From contig CAYVNM010000002.1 in the NCBI GenBank assembly GCA_964453075.1, forward strand, positions 4,279 through 68,278: DNA of 64,000 nucleotides, read 5' to 3'. The stretch is from an uncultured Candidatus Saccharibacteria bacterium (GTDB taxonomy: Bacteria; Patescibacteriota; Minisyncoccia; Phycocordibacterales; DATDWN01). The notes under the pieces were generated by a model. That model saw only the letters and a program-made list of their open reading frames with translations, had not been told where the DNA came from and made no database searches. Within the stretch, counting starts at the first letter, position 1, and the number at the start of each line of letters is the position of its first letter. Below, in pieces: positions 41,836-53,032 of the stretch. The position numbers were made by a program, and so were the translations under genes.

Positions 41836-42447
41836 TTATCCAATCACTTCTACTAGAGTTCCCTTTCTTCCAGCTATTGCACCTCTAACAAAAATTTCCC
41901 CTGTTTCAGGTTTTACACTGACAACAGTTAGTCCTTTTGTAGTTATTCTGTCTCCTCCCATTCTTCCTGCCATTCTCTTGCCTTTTGCCACACGTCCACC
42001 ATCACGTCCTGCACCTCCAATAGAACCGGGCTCACGCTCTGAGTGTTTTTGTCCGTGTGAACGAGGACCACCTTTGAATCCGTGTCTCTTTACTACACCC
42101 TGGAAACCTTTGCCTTTTGAGGTGCTAGAAACAACAACTGTGTCTCCTTCTGCAAAATCTGTAAGATTTATAACATCACCTACTTTCAATGTTGGCTCCT
42201 CGTCTGTTCTGAATTCTCTTAAAAATCGAAAACTGCCAGTTTTCATGTGACCTTTCTCTGGTTTGTTTATGTTCTTATCTGCTTTTTCACCAAAACCAAT
42301 TTGAACAGCATTATAACCATCAGTGGCAACTGTTTTCACTTGAGTAACAACCATAGGTCCTGATTGAAGGACTGTAACTGGGTGCACCAAACCTTTTTCA
42401 TCAAAGATTTGGGTCATATTAACTTTTGTTCCTAGAATGAATTTCAT
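41836..42447 (-). CDS. rplC: Ribosomal protein uL3 (start at MKFILGTKVNMTQIF).
   Basis: L3 N-terminal signature. Confidence 0.85.
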   Translation of the reverse strand: MKFILGTKVNMTQIFDEKGLVHPVTVLQSGPMVVTQVKTVATDGYNAVQIGFGEKADKNINKPEKGHMKTGSFRFLREFRTDEEPTLKVGDVINLTDFAEGDTVVVSSTSKGKGFQGVVKRHGFKGGPRSHGQKHSEREPGSIGGAGRDGGRVAKGKRMAGRMGGDRITTKGLTVVSVKPETGEIFVRGAIAGRKGTLVEVIG

Positions 42448-42645
42448 ATAAATTTGGAGACGATTTTCGGACAGTAATGAGAAAGTATCTTCCCAACATT
42501 GCCCTTCGCTAGTCCCCACAAAAAAGTCGCTTTAAGCGATTTGGCTATACTAGCAGATATCCATTTTTTATTCAAGTGTTTTAAAGATTAACAAAAAGAC
42601 CCCACAACAGACGAGAGCGCGAGGCCTTTCTGTTGGCAGGGTCTA

Positions 42646-42870
42646 CTACTTCACCTCAACTGACGAGGTCGGGGTCTCGGACTGGATCCTCTCCGCCTGA
42701 AGCTGGGTCTTGATGAGCTCCAGGATTCCCACAAGCTCCACTTCCGGGATGTTGGTGGTTCTCGAGAACTCACTCACATTCCCGATGATCCAACCCATTA
42801 TCCCCGGGTTCTTCCTGATCAGAGCCTTGAGAATCCTATAGGAACTCAAGGCTTTGTGCATTTCGTCCAT
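42646..42870 (-). CDS. GC-rich inserted gene D (74 aa, unknown), between rpsJ and rplC.
   Basis: Own promoter TTGACT-16-TATTTT, SD gaaAGGAGGagacaccATG, and own terminator after the stop. Composition atypical. Confidence 0.5.
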   Translation of the reverse strand: MDEMHKALSSYRILKALIRKNPGIMGWIIGNVSEFSRTTNIPEVELVGILELIKTQLQAERIQSETPTSSVEVK

Positions 42871-42975
42871 GGTGTCTCCTCCTTTCAATAAAATATCACC
42901 TAACTTCAGAAAGTCAACAATATCAAAAAACCACCCAATGGGTGGTTTTTGTTATAATTATTTATTATTTTTGAC

Positions 42976-43368
42976 CTACATAATCTTCACATCAATGTTC
43001 ACACCTGATGGGAGACTAAGGTTTGTCAGAGCTTCCATTATTTTAGGTGTAGGATTTAGAATATCAATAACTCTCTTATGTACTCTCATTTCAAATTGCT
43101 CTCTAGCATTTTTGTAAACGAAAGATGATCGGTTTACTGTATATTTCTTAATCTCTGTTGGAAGTGGAACTGGTCCCTCTATTTTTGCATCATAACGAAG
43201 AGCAGTATCTATGATTTGTTTTACTGACAAATCAAGGATTTTGTACTCGTAAGCTCTAACTCTGATTCGTAGTTTTGAAATAGCATCTGATTTAGGTGCT
43301 ACCTTTCCCGCAGCTTTTGGAGCTTTCTTTGCAACTGTCTTTTTTACTGTGGCTTCTTTTGTTGTCAT
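42976..43368 (-). CDS. rpsJ: Ribosomal protein uS10 (N-terminal Lys/Ala-rich extension).
   Basis: LRIRVRAYEYKILDLSVKQIIDTA. Followed by the terminator ccacccattgggtgg. Confidence 0.85.
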   Translation of the reverse strand: MTTKEATVKKTVAKKAPKAAGKVAPKSDAISKLRIRVRAYEYKILDLSVKQIIDTALRYDAKIEGPVPLPTEIKKYTVNRSSFVYKNAREQFEMRVHKRVIDILNPTPKIMEALTNLSLPSGVNIDVKIM

Positions 43369-43464
43369 GTTGTATGAAGATACTAGCAGATAATGGTTTT
43401 TTGTTCAAGTTTTAGATATATACAAGAAGACCGCCACGAAGAACTAGTGTGGTCTTCTTGACGG

Positions 43465-43692
43465 TCAATTCGCAAGCTTCGTTCTCTTAACCTGAATCGC
43501 CTGTACAGATCTTCCGAGCCTGCTTGCGAGCTCACGATCTGTACAACTTCGATCTTGGATTGCCAGAATTTCATTCTGTGACCAAAATCTCCCCGAGTTA
43601 ACTGCCCCCTTCCTGGTTTTTGCATAATTCCTGGCGCGGTCTCTTTTTCTTGTACCCGGATTTTTTTCATACCACACTTTGTTGTTTGGCAA
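43465..43692 (-). CDS. Small basic HTH-like protein (gene J, TTG start), atypical composition.
   Basis: Promoter TTGACA-17-TTAAAT, SD AAGGAGGgatttcTTG. C-terminal ILAIQDRSCTDRELASRLGRSVQAIQVKR is helix-turn-helix-like. Confidence 0.45.
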   Translation of the reverse strand: MPNNKVWYEKNPGTRKRDRARNYAKTRKGAVNSGRFWSQNEILAIQDRSCTDRELASRLGRSVQAIQVKRTKLAN

Positions 43693-43837
43693 GAAATCCC
43701 TCCTTTATTAATTTAAAGCACTTATACCAGATTTGTCAAATATAAGAACCACCTTTTATTCCTCCTTTAATAACTACCTAGTCTATAAAGTTAAGAACTG
43801 GTTTTGAATTTGATACGAGAATAGTATTATACAAAAA

Positions 43838-43945
43838 TTCCAATTTTAAATGCAGTACCAGGTGGACAAGAAAAAACCGCGAGCCTTACAAAGATAAGGT
43901 GAGCGGCTTTTTTCGTAGTCCAAACGCAATGCATTAAAATTGGAA
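43838..43945. repeat. Intergenic repeat element R1 (terminal IR attccaattttaaatgc/gcattaaaattggaat plus an internal bidirectional terminator).
   Basis: 16-bp terminal IR. Core ggacaagaaaaaaccgcgagccttacaaagataaggtgagcggcttttttcgtagtcc shared with R2. Confidence 0.6.
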
Positions 43946-43955
43946 TTTTTGTAGT

Positions 43956-45152
43956 TTAAGCGACGATTGAAGTCACAACTCCTGCACCAACTGTTTTACC
44001 TCCCTCTCGAATAGCAAATCTCTGGTTTTGTTCTAGAGCAACTGGGGCTACTAGTTTAACTTTGAATGTAACTGTATCTCCTGGCATAACCATCTCTACT
44101 CCCTCGTTTAGAGTCACATCTCCTGTAACGTCTGTAGTTCGGATGTAGAATTGTGGTTTGTAACCAGAGAAGAATGGAGTGTGTCTTCCTCCTTCCTCTT
44201 TCTTTAGGATGTAAACCTCAGCTGTAAACTCTGTGTGTGGAGTCACTGACTTTGGCTTTGCAAGAACTTGTCCTCTGTGGATGTCCTCTTTCTTAGCACC
44301 TCTTAGAAGGATACCTGCGTTGTCTCCAGCCTCTCCTTGTTGTAGAGACTTGTTGAACATTTCAATACCAGTAACTGTGTATTTTTGTGTATCTTTTAGA
44401 CCAACACACTCAATTTCCTCTCCTACTTTCACAACACCTCTTTCAATTCTTCCTGTAACCACTGTTCCTCTTCCTTCAATTGAGAAGATGTCTTCAACTG
44501 GCATTAGGAATGGCTTATCTAGGTCTCTTTGTGGAACTGGGAAGTATGTGTCCAATGCTGTTGCAAGGTCCAAAACCTTCTTTGCCCATTCGTCATCATT
44601 GTTAGCTGATTCAAGTGCCTTTAGACCTGATCCTCTAATAATAGGTGCTCCTGCTCCGTCGAAACCTTGTTTTGTAAGGAGTTCTCGAACTTCCTCCTCA
44701 ACTAGGTCAATAAGCTCAGCATCTGGAACCATGTCGCATTTGTTTAGGAATACGATGATTTTTGGTACTCCAACTTGCTTTGCTAGAAGAACGTGCTCTC
44801 TTGTTTGAGGCATCACACCGTCTGTAGCTGCTACCACTAGTACTGCACCGTCCATTTGAGCGGCACCAGTAATCATGTTTTTGATGTAGTCAGCGTGTCC
44901 AGGGGCATCTACGTGAGCATAGTGTCTTGTAGGTGTCTCATACTCGTTGTGAGAAAGAGCAATAGTAATTCCTCTTGCTTTTTCCTCTGGAGCTGAGTCA
45001 ATTTGATCAACTCCTTTTAGTTTTGCTGAATATCCATTACCTGCTCTGTTAAGAACAGTTAGAATAGCTGCTGTTAATGTTGTCTTTCCATGGTCAACGT
45101 GACCAATTGTTCCCACGTTTACGTGAGGTTTGCTTCTATCAAAATCTGTCAT
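43956..45152 (-). CDS. tuf: Elongation factor Tu.
   Basis: [26 protein letters not shown]. Confidence 0.95.
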   Translation of the reverse strand: MTDFDRSKPHVNVGTIGHVDHGKTTLTAAILTVLNRAGNGYSAKLKGVDQIDSAPEEKARGITIALSHNEYETPTRHYAHVDAPGHADYIKNMITGAAQMDGAVLVVAATDGVMPQTREHVLLAKQVGVPKIIVFLNKCDMVPDAELIDLVEEEVRELLTKQGFDGAGAPIIRGSGLKALESANNDDEWAKKVLDLATALDTYFPVPQRDLDKPFLMPVEDIFSIEGRGTVVTGRIERGVVKVGEEIECVGLKDTQKYTVTGIEMFNKSLQQGEAGDNAGILLRGAKKEDIHRGQVLAKPKSVTPHTEFTAEVYILKKEEGGRHTPFFSGYKPQFYIRTTDVTGDVTLNEGVEMVMPGDTVTFKVKLVAPVALEQNQRFAIREGGKTVGAGVVTSIVA

Positions 45153-45322
45153 AATAATTTTTAATTAAATTAATAATTTTTAAACAAGAACCTCTAAAAA
45201 TTTAATGTTCGAGAAATCTAAACTTTTAGAACTTCTGCGTTTACTAATAAATAAAAGCATCGCAAAGCGACACTCAATCATAGTAGACAAAAAGAAAAAA
45301 ATAGTCAAGCTTGGGCTTTTTG

Positions 45323-45619
45323 TTAAGCCGTAACTAGGAGATCTCGCTTTAGATTATTCCTTTCCTCTATCACTATTTGGTCAAATGTGGGTATCTTTGA
45401 CTTAAGAAATGATAATACATCCTGAGGAGTTGAATTGTCGTTATCTAAAATAGAGTCAAATTCTTCTTGTTCCTTTTCAGACAAGATATCTAGAGCTCTA
45501 ACTAAAATTGCCTGATATATCATCTTGCCCATCCTATCAACCACATCAGCCTGTTTATCTGGAGGAAGTGAACCAAGACCCCAGTCTTCTATGATATCTT
45601 TTGATAAAATATTATTCAT
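45323..45619 (-). CDS. Small acidic hypothetical protein.
   Basis: 98-aa ORF directly downstream of the large protein. Confidence 0.35.
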   Translation of the reverse strand: MNNILSKDIIEDWGLGSLPPDKQADVVDRMGKMIYQAILVRALDILSEKEQEEFDSILDNDNSTPQDVLSFLKSKIPTFDQIVIEERNNLKRDLLVTA

Positions 45620-45623
45620 AATT

Positions 45624-48572
45624 TTATTTTATTTGTAAAAATTTCTTCACATTTTTAAAAGCTCGCTCATATGCGTTATCATCAAGAAACCAACCCCCTT
45701 TTAAACCACTATCAAACTTTAGCTTTGGGCTCAAGACTGACCCTTTTACCTCCATTGAACCACTAGCTATCTCTTTTCCATTGAGCAAAACTTTCATTCC
45801 CATTGGATCATCTTTCAATCCTTGAACTATGTAGATCTTCCCGCCCTCAAACTCAACCGCAGTAGGACTTGATCCAATCTGATCAACTCTAGCGCTTTTT
45901 TCAAAAGCTTTTGCAAAGGCACTTCTCAAATCTTTATATTTTGCACCATCTTGAAATTTATCATCCAAGACCAATAATTTTCCGTTACCAAATGTCTGTT
46001 CGTGGGCTATGGTTTGGTCACCAAACTTGACTATTTTACTCTCCCCTTCGGCCAAAACCTCAACCACAGAATCATTGTGAGGAATTTGATAAACAACATT
46101 TGTTGGTCCTGAAGTATCTACTGTTGGTATTATTTTTGGTTCTTCTGGAATTGTTGCCTGTTCTACGGGTGCCATTCTAGAATCCCATTCAGGCACTTTT
46201 GCCTCTATTACTGCCGGATGATCGACATCAACAGGAACATCAGCCAATTTCTCTGCAATCAAAGTAGTATCTTGAGTTGGTACTACTGCTTCTTGGGGAG
46301 CTTGTTTTAAAGTATCTCTACCAATATGACTCAATGTTTCCTTTGTACCATCCACATGTTCAATTATCAACTGTCCATTATCATTCATTGAGAGCTTCTC
46401 TCCAACAAAACCCACGGCACTATCATTAACCTCTCCTGGTTTATATAATCCATAATCTTTTGCTATCTCAACTGTCGGCCTGTCTATTATGTTCTTTTTG
46501 ATTTCTGGAGGAATATTATCACCGTACTGTTTTATAATATTTGCCTTGAGATTATGAATGTCTTGCAAGAATCCCTTTGAACTCAGCTCAACTTTTATGG
46601 AAGACTTTTCAAAAACAGCAGATGGTTTGGCAGTATCAATCGTATTTGCTACCGCTTCTTTATTTGGCAAAGCTGTTTCCAAACTCCCCGCTTGCATTGT
46701 TTTTGGTTTTATTACCCCATCAAATGGAGCTGAAACTTTTGTTTGTGTAATTTTTGGTTTGTTTGGTATTGATTCTGTATTACTTCCTCCAATTCCTACA
46801 CCAGAAGACAGCGCTGACTCTGCAAGTCCTGTCAAAATACCAGCACCTGCACCAGCACCAACCATCACCATGGCTTTTTTTATTCTTTGATTGTTTTTTC
46901 TTTTCAATTCTTCTTCTCTGGCTTGCATGTAACCTGTCTCTCTTTGCTCAAAGGTCTTACCTGAAGACTCATCTGTATAATCTGAAATACTTTTTTCTTT
47001 GGCCTCTGTATTAATTTTATCTGTCCTCTTTCCATATATATTACCAGCAACCCTAGAACCAAAAGCTCCTCCTATACCCCTACCCAAACGAGTTCCTGCA
47101 TATAGAGCGCCAGCGCCAAGACCAGCAGTTAAGCCGACTCCCGTACCTATGAGTATTGGAGCAACAGCCATACGTAAAGGAGCTGGAACTTTTGACCAGA
47201 CCTTAAGTCCTTTGGCAGCCAATTCTTTTACCTTTTGTATCTTCTCATTATCCCCAGAAGACAATGAATCAATTTGCTCTTGTAATAAATTCCACTCTTG
47301 TTCTGCCTGTTCTAATAACTTTATTTTAATTTGACCCAACATCTCCGCTTCCTCTTCTGGAGTCAGGGGTGTACCACCCTGTTCTTTTTCTATAGCTTGA
47401 GTCTCAAAAACATCGATTATTTCGTCTTTTTTTATTTTTTTCTGACTAATGTATGCGGCCAAGGCTTCATCTAGATTATTTTGAGCTTCTTCCAAATCTA
47501 TCTCTGTTGGAGATTTTTCTTTTGAACGTCCAGATAAAATTCCACCAGAAAGCAACCCTTCTAAAGAACCTTTTATTTTATTGTACTTACTATTTTTTTT
47601 GTTAAATTCTATTTTTGCTCGAGCATAATTTTCACGAGCCAAATCCAAATCAGTCTTAGCCTTTTCAACCGTCTCTGGGGCCAAATCAACCAACTTGTGT
47701 TCTGATTCTGTAACCACATCAGGTTCTGGAGTGGCCACTGGTTCAACTGAATCTAGTTTATCAACAGTCGCACCAGACATCTCTGCCGATAAATCATTTG
47801 TTTTTTCTATATTAGTCTCTGTTGGAACTGGATTGATTGCATCTTCTTTTTTTTGTATTGATTGCAACCATACAATCCTCTTTTCCTCATCTTCGATGTT
47901 ACTTACCACCTCACGAGCAGAGCCAAAATTCTTACGTGCAATAAAAATACGAACCAAATCCTCCAGAGACTGATTTTGTTTGTTTTTATCTTTGATTTGT
48001 CTTGCATAACCGATAGCCTTAGTTAGATCCGATGACCATGTATTACCAAACAACGTTAGAAGTTCTTGATCAGAATCTGCAACCACATTATTCATACCTG
48101 TATCTATTACAGATATCTCTGGGTCTGATTCTGATTCATTTTTTGGTTCATCAATAAAACCAAGAGCCGTATTGTATTCTGATTCCGTTAAATAATGCAA
48201 TGAATAGTACTTACCAAGTGCCTTTACCATTGACTTTCTAGGCATATTTTCCATGCTGTGTAATAAAGATCTTTTTGGCACCTTTTCAGATAAACCATTA
48301 ATATAATCCACCAAACCCTTGGGCATAGGAAAAATCTCTTCCCTTTTTTCACCCTCTGGACTGGGTTGATTATTAATTACAGGCGCTGAAGGAGGAATTG
48401 CAGATAAGTCCAAATTGTCTGTTGGTTTTTGGGGAACTTCAGAAAAATCACGTATCCCAGAAGAAGGTTCTGGTTGAAGTTTTAATTCTTGTCCGGCCAA
48501 AAAATCTAGTGGATTTTTTGATGTATTTAGATGCAAATCTAGATCATCTATTCTTTCTGCAGGAGTTGCCAT
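45624..48572 (-). CDS. Large (982 aa) hypothetical membrane/surface protein with glycine-zipper TM segments.
   Basis: Acidic coiled-coil N-terminal half. Two Gly-rich hydrophobic segments (VAPILIGTGVGLTAGLGAGALYAG, VMVGAGAGAGILTGLAES). C-terminal roughly 400 aa globular part. Confidence 0.5.
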   Translation of the reverse strand: MATPAERIDDLDLHLNTSKNPLDFLAGQELKLQPEPSSGIRDFSEVPQKPTDNLDLSAIPPSAPVINNQPSPEGEKREEIFPMPKGLVDYINGLSEKVPKRSLLHSMENMPRKSMVKALGKYYSLHYLTESEYNTALGFIDEPKNESESDPEISVIDTGMNNVVADSDQELLTLFGNTWSSDLTKAIGYARQIKDKNKQNQSLEDLVRIFIARKNFGSAREVVSNIEDEEKRIVWLQSIQKKEDAINPVPTETNIEKTNDLSAEMSGATVDKLDSVEPVATPEPDVVTESEHKLVDLAPETVEKAKTDLDLARENYARAKIEFNKKNSKYNKIKGSLEGLLSGGILSGRSKEKSPTEIDLEEAQNNLDEALAAYISQKKIKKDEIIDVFETQAIEKEQGGTPLTPEEEAEMLGQIKIKLLEQAEQEWNLLQEQIDSLSSGDNEKIQKVKELAAKGLKVWSKVPAPLRMAVAPILIGTGVGLTAGLGAGALYAGTRLGRGIGGAFGSRVAGNIYGKRTDKINTEAKEKSISDYTDESSGKTFEQRETGYMQAREEELKRKNNQRIKKAMVMVGAGAGAGILTGLAESALSSGVGIGGSNTESIPNKPKITQTKVSAPFDGVIKPKTMQAGSLETALPNKEAVANTIDTAKPSAVFEKSSIKVELSSKGFLQDIHNLKANIIKQYGDNIPPEIKKNIIDRPTVEIAKDYGLYKPGEVNDSAVGFVGEKLSMNDNGQLIIEHVDGTKETLSHIGRDTLKQAPQEAVVPTQDTTLIAEKLADVPVDVDHPAVIEAKVPEWDSRMAPVEQATIPEEPKIIPTVDTSGPTNVVYQIPHNDSVVEVLAEGESKIVKFGDQTIAHEQTFGNGKLLVLDDKFQDGAKYKDLRSAFAKAFEKSARVDQIGSSPTAVEFEGGKIYIVQGLKDDPMGMKVLLNGKEIASGSMEVKGSVLSPKLKFDSGLKGGWFLDDNAYERAFKNVKKFLQIK

Positions 48573-48643
48573 GCGTATATTATATCTTCTTTAAAATACT
48601 GACGCAATAAAAAATCTCGCATTTCTGCGAGATTTTTTATTTT

Positions 48644-50785
48644 TTATTTTCTACTTTCTACAATAGTCTTCTCAACGTTTGGTGGTACAACCTCGTAATG
48701 ATCAAACTCCATCATCACACTTCCTCTACCCTGTGTCATAGAACGAATATCAGTAGTGTAACCAAACATTTCTGACAATGGAACTTTGGCATGAATAACT
48801 CTGAGCATTCCCCTCTCTTCCATTCCTTCAATTTGACCTCTCTTTCCTGAAAGTGATCCTGTAACATCACCCATGAACTGTTCTGGCATGATAGCATCAA
48901 CTTTCATAATTGGTTCTAGAATAACTGGACGAGCTCTTTTGGCTGCGTCCTGGAACGCCTGTGAAGCTGCGATCTTGTAAGCGATTTCTGAAGAGTCCAC
49001 ATCGTGATATGAACCGAACGTAAGCTCACAAGAAACATTTACCATTTTGTACCCAGCAACAATTCCTCGGTCCATAGCCTCGTGAACACCCTTCTCAACT
49101 GCTGGAATAAACTCTTGAGGAATGACACCTCCTTTGATTGAATCAATAAACTCAAAATCTTCGTATCTCTTAACGTTCTTTGGAATTTTTGCCCCTTCTT
49201 CTATTTTTTCAAGAGGTTTGATTGTAAGTTTAACGTGACCATACTGACCCTTACCTCCAGTTTGCTTGATATATTTATGTTCTGCTTCTGCTGTACCCAA
49301 AATAGTCTCTCTGTATGCCACCTGTGGTTTACCAACATTAACCTCCACACTGAACTCTCTCTTCATACGATCAACCATAATCTCAAGGTGAAGCTCTCCC
49401 ATTCCTGAAACTATAGTTTCTCCTGTTTCTGTGTTTGAAGAAACAACAAATGTTGGGTCTTCATCAGAAAGTTTTTTCAAAGCCATACCCATTTTCTCTT
49501 GATCTGCTTTTGTCTTTGGCTCAATACGTAAAGCAACCACGGGAGCCACAAATTTAATTGGGTCTAGAACTATTGGTTTGTTTTCATCACATAGAGTGTG
49601 TGATGTTTTTGCGGATTTCAATCCCACAGCCGCAGCAATCTCTCCAGCAAAAACTTTTTTTACCTCCTCTCTTTTGTCTGCCTGAAGCCTCACAATACGT
49701 CCAAGTCTTTCTTTCTCTCCTGTTGTTGAGTTATATATGTATGTTCCTGCTTCTATTGTTCCAGAATAAACACGGAAGAATGTAAGCTGACCAACGAAAG
49801 GATCGTTTTGCAATTTGAAAGCGAGTGCAGCAAAAGGTTCTTCATCAGAAGCATGTCTCACTGTTTCCTCACCTGTCTTTGGATCCAAACCTCTTACTGG
49901 AGGAATATCTAGAGGAGATGGTAAGTATTCTACAACCGCATCCAAAACAAGCTGGATTCCTTTGTTTTTCAATGCTGAACCGGCCATAACAGGAACAAGC
50001 TTTACTTCCAAACACGCTTTTCTAAGAGTTTTCTTCAACTCTTCTATAGTAGGCTCATTTCCATTTAGAAACATTTCCATTTGAGCATCATCTTGCTCTA
50101 CAATCTTTTCAATAAGTTCTGCTCGGAATTTCTTTGCCTCGTCTAGATACTCTGCAGGAATTTCTGCCTCACGAATATTCATACCCATATTTCCCTCAAA
50201 GTAGTAGGCCTTCATTTTCAAAAGATCTATCACACCCTCAAATTTATCTTCCAAACCAATAGGAATTTGAAGTCTAACTGCATTTTTTGTAAGTCTGTCT
50301 AAAATAGATTCGTATGATCTCTCAAAAGACGCACCTGTTCGATCAAGTTTGTTTATTAGACAGATTCTAGGAACATTACCATCATCCGCGTATCTCCAGT
50401 TTGTTTCAGACTGAGGTTCCACACCAGCCACACCGTCAAACACAACAACCGCGCCGTCCAAAACTCGGAGACTTCTTTTCACTTCAGCTGTGAAGTCAAT
50501 GTGCCCAGGAGTATCAATGATATTGAAACGATACTGTGGTTTACCGTCTTTTGGCATGTAAGTAGGATTCCAAAAACAAGTAATAGCAGCGGCGGTAATA
50601 GTAATACCTCGCTCTCTTTCCTGTTCCATCCAGTCAGTCACTGTCTCGCCTTCGTGTACCTCACCTATTTTGTGTGTCATTCCAGTATAGAAAAGCACAC
50701 GTTCTGATGTAGTTGTCTTACCAGCATCAATGTGAGCAATAATACCGAAGTTTCTAACTCTCTCCAATGGATAATCGCGGTTCAT
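48644..50785 (-). CDS. fusA: Elongation factor G (start at [25 protein letters not shown]).
   Basis: [17 protein letters not shown]. Confidence 0.9.
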   Translation of the reverse strand: MNRDYPLERVRNFGIIAHIDAGKTTTSERVLFYTGMTHKIGEVHEGETVTDWMEQERERGITITAAAITCFWNPTYMPKDGKPQYRFNIIDTPGHIDFTAEVKRSLRVLDGAVVVFDGVAGVEPQSETNWRYADDGNVPRICLINKLDRTGASFERSYESILDRLTKNAVRLQIPIGLEDKFEGVIDLLKMKAYYFEGNMGMNIREAEIPAEYLDEAKKFRAELIEKIVEQDDAQMEMFLNGNEPTIEELKKTLRKACLEVKLVPVMAGSALKNKGIQLVLDAVVEYLPSPLDIPPVRGLDPKTGEETVRHASDEEPFAALAFKLQNDPFVGQLTFFRVYSGTIEAGTYIYNSTTGEKERLGRIVRLQADKREEVKKVFAGEIAAAVGLKSAKTSHTLCDENKPIVLDPIKFVAPVVALRIEPKTKADQEKMGMALKKLSDEDPTFVVSSNTETGETIVSGMGELHLEIMVDRMKREFSVEVNVGKPQVAYRETILGTAEAEHKYIKQTGGKGQYGHVKLTIKPLEKIEEGAKIPKNVKRYEDFEFIDSIKGGVIPQEFIPAVEKGVHEAMDRGIVAGYKMVNVSCELTFGSYHDVDSSEIAYKIAASQAFQDAAKRARPVILEPIMKVDAIMPEQFMGDVTGSLSGKRGQIEGMEERGMLRVIHAKVPLSEMFGYTTDIRSMTQGRGSVMMEFDHYEVVPPNVEKTIVESRK

Positions 50786-50906
50786 AATAAAATAATAATT
50801 TAATAAATAAAAAAGCCCTAGGGCAATCACACAAAACTATATACTAAAAGAACTTCTGTTGCAATACAGATTAGACTGTGTTAGAAATGCCTTCAGGAGG
50901 TACCCA

Positions 50907-51152
50907 ATGAAAGTGCTGAAAATGTTCGAGGTTGCTGAAGCATTGTTCCGAGTTGGTGGAGGTGAACACAGATTCCAACTCGGAATCCCCGTCACCGTCA
51001 AAAACACCAGTACGGGAGAAGAAATCAGAATCGTCGGAATTGAAGTCAACGAGACCTACAAGGATGTCGTGCATCTGTACGCCGAAAACAGCATCCAAGC
51101 TCTCAGCCCCGACAACTTCGAGATCGTCGGACCAGCGCCAGACGCCCAGTAG
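50907..51152 (+). CDS. GC-rich gene F (81 aa, unknown).
   Basis: Promoter TTGCAA-17-TAGAAAT, SD AGGAGGtacccaATG, terminator aaggccccgagtaattaggggcct-tt (51157-51183). Confidence 0.5.
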   Translation: MKVLKMFEVAEALFRVGGGEHRFQLGIPVTVKNTSTGEEIRIVGIEVNETYKDVVHLYAENSIQALSPDNFEIVGPAPDAQ

Positions 51153-51202
51153 AACCAAGGCCCCGAGTAATTAGGGGCCTTTCGACTACATCAAAAAATA
51201 TT

Positions 51203-51394
51203 TTACTTTTGTTTCAAGGCATTAACTTCTCTCTCTAGATCCTCTAGTCTTTCGTGATCAGATTTATGATGGATGAGAGCTTTTTGTATGAATGGCCAAA
51301 TAAGAAGACCTATAATAACATCAAATATAATAATGAGCATAAGCTCAAAATACCAGTGAGCCGGATCTTTAACTAGATGTAGAAATTCCTCCAT
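51203..51394 (-). CDS. Small membrane protein, hypothetical.
   Basis: One TM helix (LMLIIIFDVIIGLLIWPFI). AT-rich. Confidence 0.3.
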   Translation of the reverse strand: MEEFLHLVKDPAHWYFELMLIIIFDVIIGLLIWPFIQKALIHHKSDHERLEDLEREVNALKQK

Positions 51395-51527
51395 GCAAAC
51401 ATAATAATACTTTTGAGAGTTTTATACAAAAATCCAATGGTTGCCTTTTGGTTTTGTATATACTTACCCGTCAACCCACTGATGGACAGAAAAAAGTTTA
51501 GAATAAACAAGAAGAACTACGTGATAT

Positions 51528-51878
51528 TTACGTAGTTCTCTTTGAGAAATGTACCAGGTGTTCAAGAAGCAGTGAAAGTCTTACGGGCACACCCGCAGCG
51601 TCAGCGATACCTGCAAGGTATCTGAGCTCGTCACCTGTAAGCGTTTGATCCGGCGCCAGAACTCGCTTCCCCAACTTTGAAAGAAAAGCCAGGCGATCGA
51701 CTGGAACGCCAAGAACCTCAGCAACGTGCTCTAGGCGTTTCTTCGGTATGGGGCGCGTACCGTTCAGTACCTGCTCGTACATGAACGCAGAGAAACCAAG
51801 TAGTTTACCAAACTCTCCCTTAGTCTCACCGCGCTCAACTCTTTTTGCCTCAAGTAACTTCTCAATCTCACTCTTCAT
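51528..51878 (-). CDS. GC-rich gene G: XRE-family helix-turn-helix transcriptional regulator.
   Basis: GETKGEFGKLLGFSAFMYEQVLNGTRPIPKKRLEHVAEVLGVPVDRLA is an HTH_XRE motif. Promoter TTGACA-17-TAGTTT, SD AGGAGGgttctaacaATG. Confidence 0.6.
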   Translation of the reverse strand: MKSEIEKLLEAKRVERGETKGEFGKLLGFSAFMYEQVLNGTRPIPKKRLEHVAEVLGVPVDRLAFLSKLGKRVLAPDQTLTGDELRYLAGIADAAGVPVRLSLLLEHLVHFSKRTT

Positions 51879-51973
51879 TGTTAGAACCCTCCTGCTCAAA
51901 AACTACCACAGCGACAAAAGCTGTCAAATTTTATGAGAACTTTTGAATAACCTCAAAATAAGCTAAAAAAGTT

Positions 51974-52088
51974 TTCACAATTTGAATGAAACCCGAGGCG
52001 GACAAGAAAAATGACCCGAGCCGTACTGTCGTACGGTGAAGGGTCATTTTTTCGTAGTCCAACAAAGGAGTTCGTCAAATTTGGAAAC
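51974..52088. repeat. Intergenic repeat element R2 (immediately 3' of the rpsG stop).
   Basis: ttcacaatttgaa...ggacaagaaaaatgacccgagccgtactgtcgtacggtgaagggtcattttttcgtagtcc...gttcgtcaaatttggaaac. Hairpin with A- and T-runs gives a bidirectional terminator. Confidence 0.6.
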
Positions 52089-52091
52089 TTT

Positions 52092-52562
52092 TTACCAAGC
52101 AAAATGGGCAAAAGCTTTATTAGCCTCCGCCATCTTATGCGTATCCTCTCTCTTCTTAACTGCCTTACCTTCGTTTTTTGAAGCTAGTATTATTTCGTCA
52201 GCAAGTCTCTCTGCCATAGGAGCACCCTTTCCCTCTCTGGCTGCATCAATAATCCATTTCATTGATAGAAAAGATCGTCTTTCTGGTCTTACTTCCCTTG
52301 GGATTTGGTAGTTAGCACCACCAACGCGTCTACTTCTTACTTCTGTTAGAGGTCCTGTGTTTTTCAAAGCTGTATCAAACACCTCCATAACATCCTCTAC
52401 TTTGGCCTTTTCTTTGACTGCCTCTAGTGCCTCATAAACAATTTTCTGAGCTGTAGCTTTTTGACCACGCAACATAACGTAGTTGATAAATTTACCAATT
52501 TTTTCTGAACCATATTCATGGTCTTTGCCTACTATATTTCTGTTTGTAACTTTTCTTCGCAT
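52092..52562 (-). CDS. rpsG: Ribosomal protein uS7.
   Basis: VRSRRVGGANYQIPREV. Confidence 0.9.
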   Translation of the reverse strand: MRRKVTNRNIVGKDHEYGSEKIGKFINYVMLRGQKATAQKIVYEALEAVKEKAKVEDVMEVFDTALKNTGPLTEVRSRRVGGANYQIPREVRPERRSFLSMKWIIDAAREGKGAPMAERLADEIILASKNEGKAVKKREDTHKMAEANKAFAHFAW

Positions 52563-52575
52563 GATTTATTTAAAA

Positions 52576-52989
52576 TTATTTACCCTTTGGTTTCTTTACT
52601 CCGTATCTTGAGCGACCCTTTGCTCTCTTCTCTACTCCTGTTGCATCAAGCATGCCTCGTACTATTGTATATCTAACACCTACGTCCTTTACCTTTCCAC
52701 CTCTGAGCAATACCACTGAGTGCTCCTGTAAGTTATGGCCCATTCCTGGAATATATGCTGTTACTTCAAGACCGTTTGTTAGACGAACTCTGGCGATTTT
52801 ACGAATAGCTGAGTTTGGTTTCTTTGGAGTCTTGGTTGTAACTTTTGTACAAACACCTCTTTTGAAAGAAGATGGGTAATAAACCGGTCTGTTTGTAAGA
52901 GTATTGAATCCACGAGTTAAAGCAACGGCCTTTGGTTTTGGTCGAGGTTTGAATCTCTTTCTCTTAATTAATTGATTGATTGTTGACAT
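52576..52989 (-). CDS. rpsL: Ribosomal protein uS12 (start at MSTINQL).
   Basis: [10 protein letters not shown]...[14 protein letters not shown]. Confidence 0.9.
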   Translation of the reverse strand: MSTINQLIKRKRFKPRPKPKAVALTRGFNTLTNRPVYYPSSFKRGVCTKVTTKTPKKPNSAIRKIARVRLTNGLEVTAYIPGMGHNLQEHSVVLLRGGKVKDVGVRYTIVRGMLDATGVEKRAKGRSRYGVKKPKGK

Positions 52990-53032
52990 TGCAGGGTTTA
53001 CTCTAATATATCTAGTTAAAAAACGCAAGTAG

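Noticed and set aside
43383-43670. ORF 43383-43670(-), 95 aa.
   Set aside because: Alternative frame over gene J and its terminator. Gene J has the SD and promoter.
45296-45316. 12-mer GTTAAGCCGTAA shared by the tuf upstream region (45305) and the rpsL upstream region (53029).
   Set aside because: Only two short copies. Could be chance. Not enough to call a motif.
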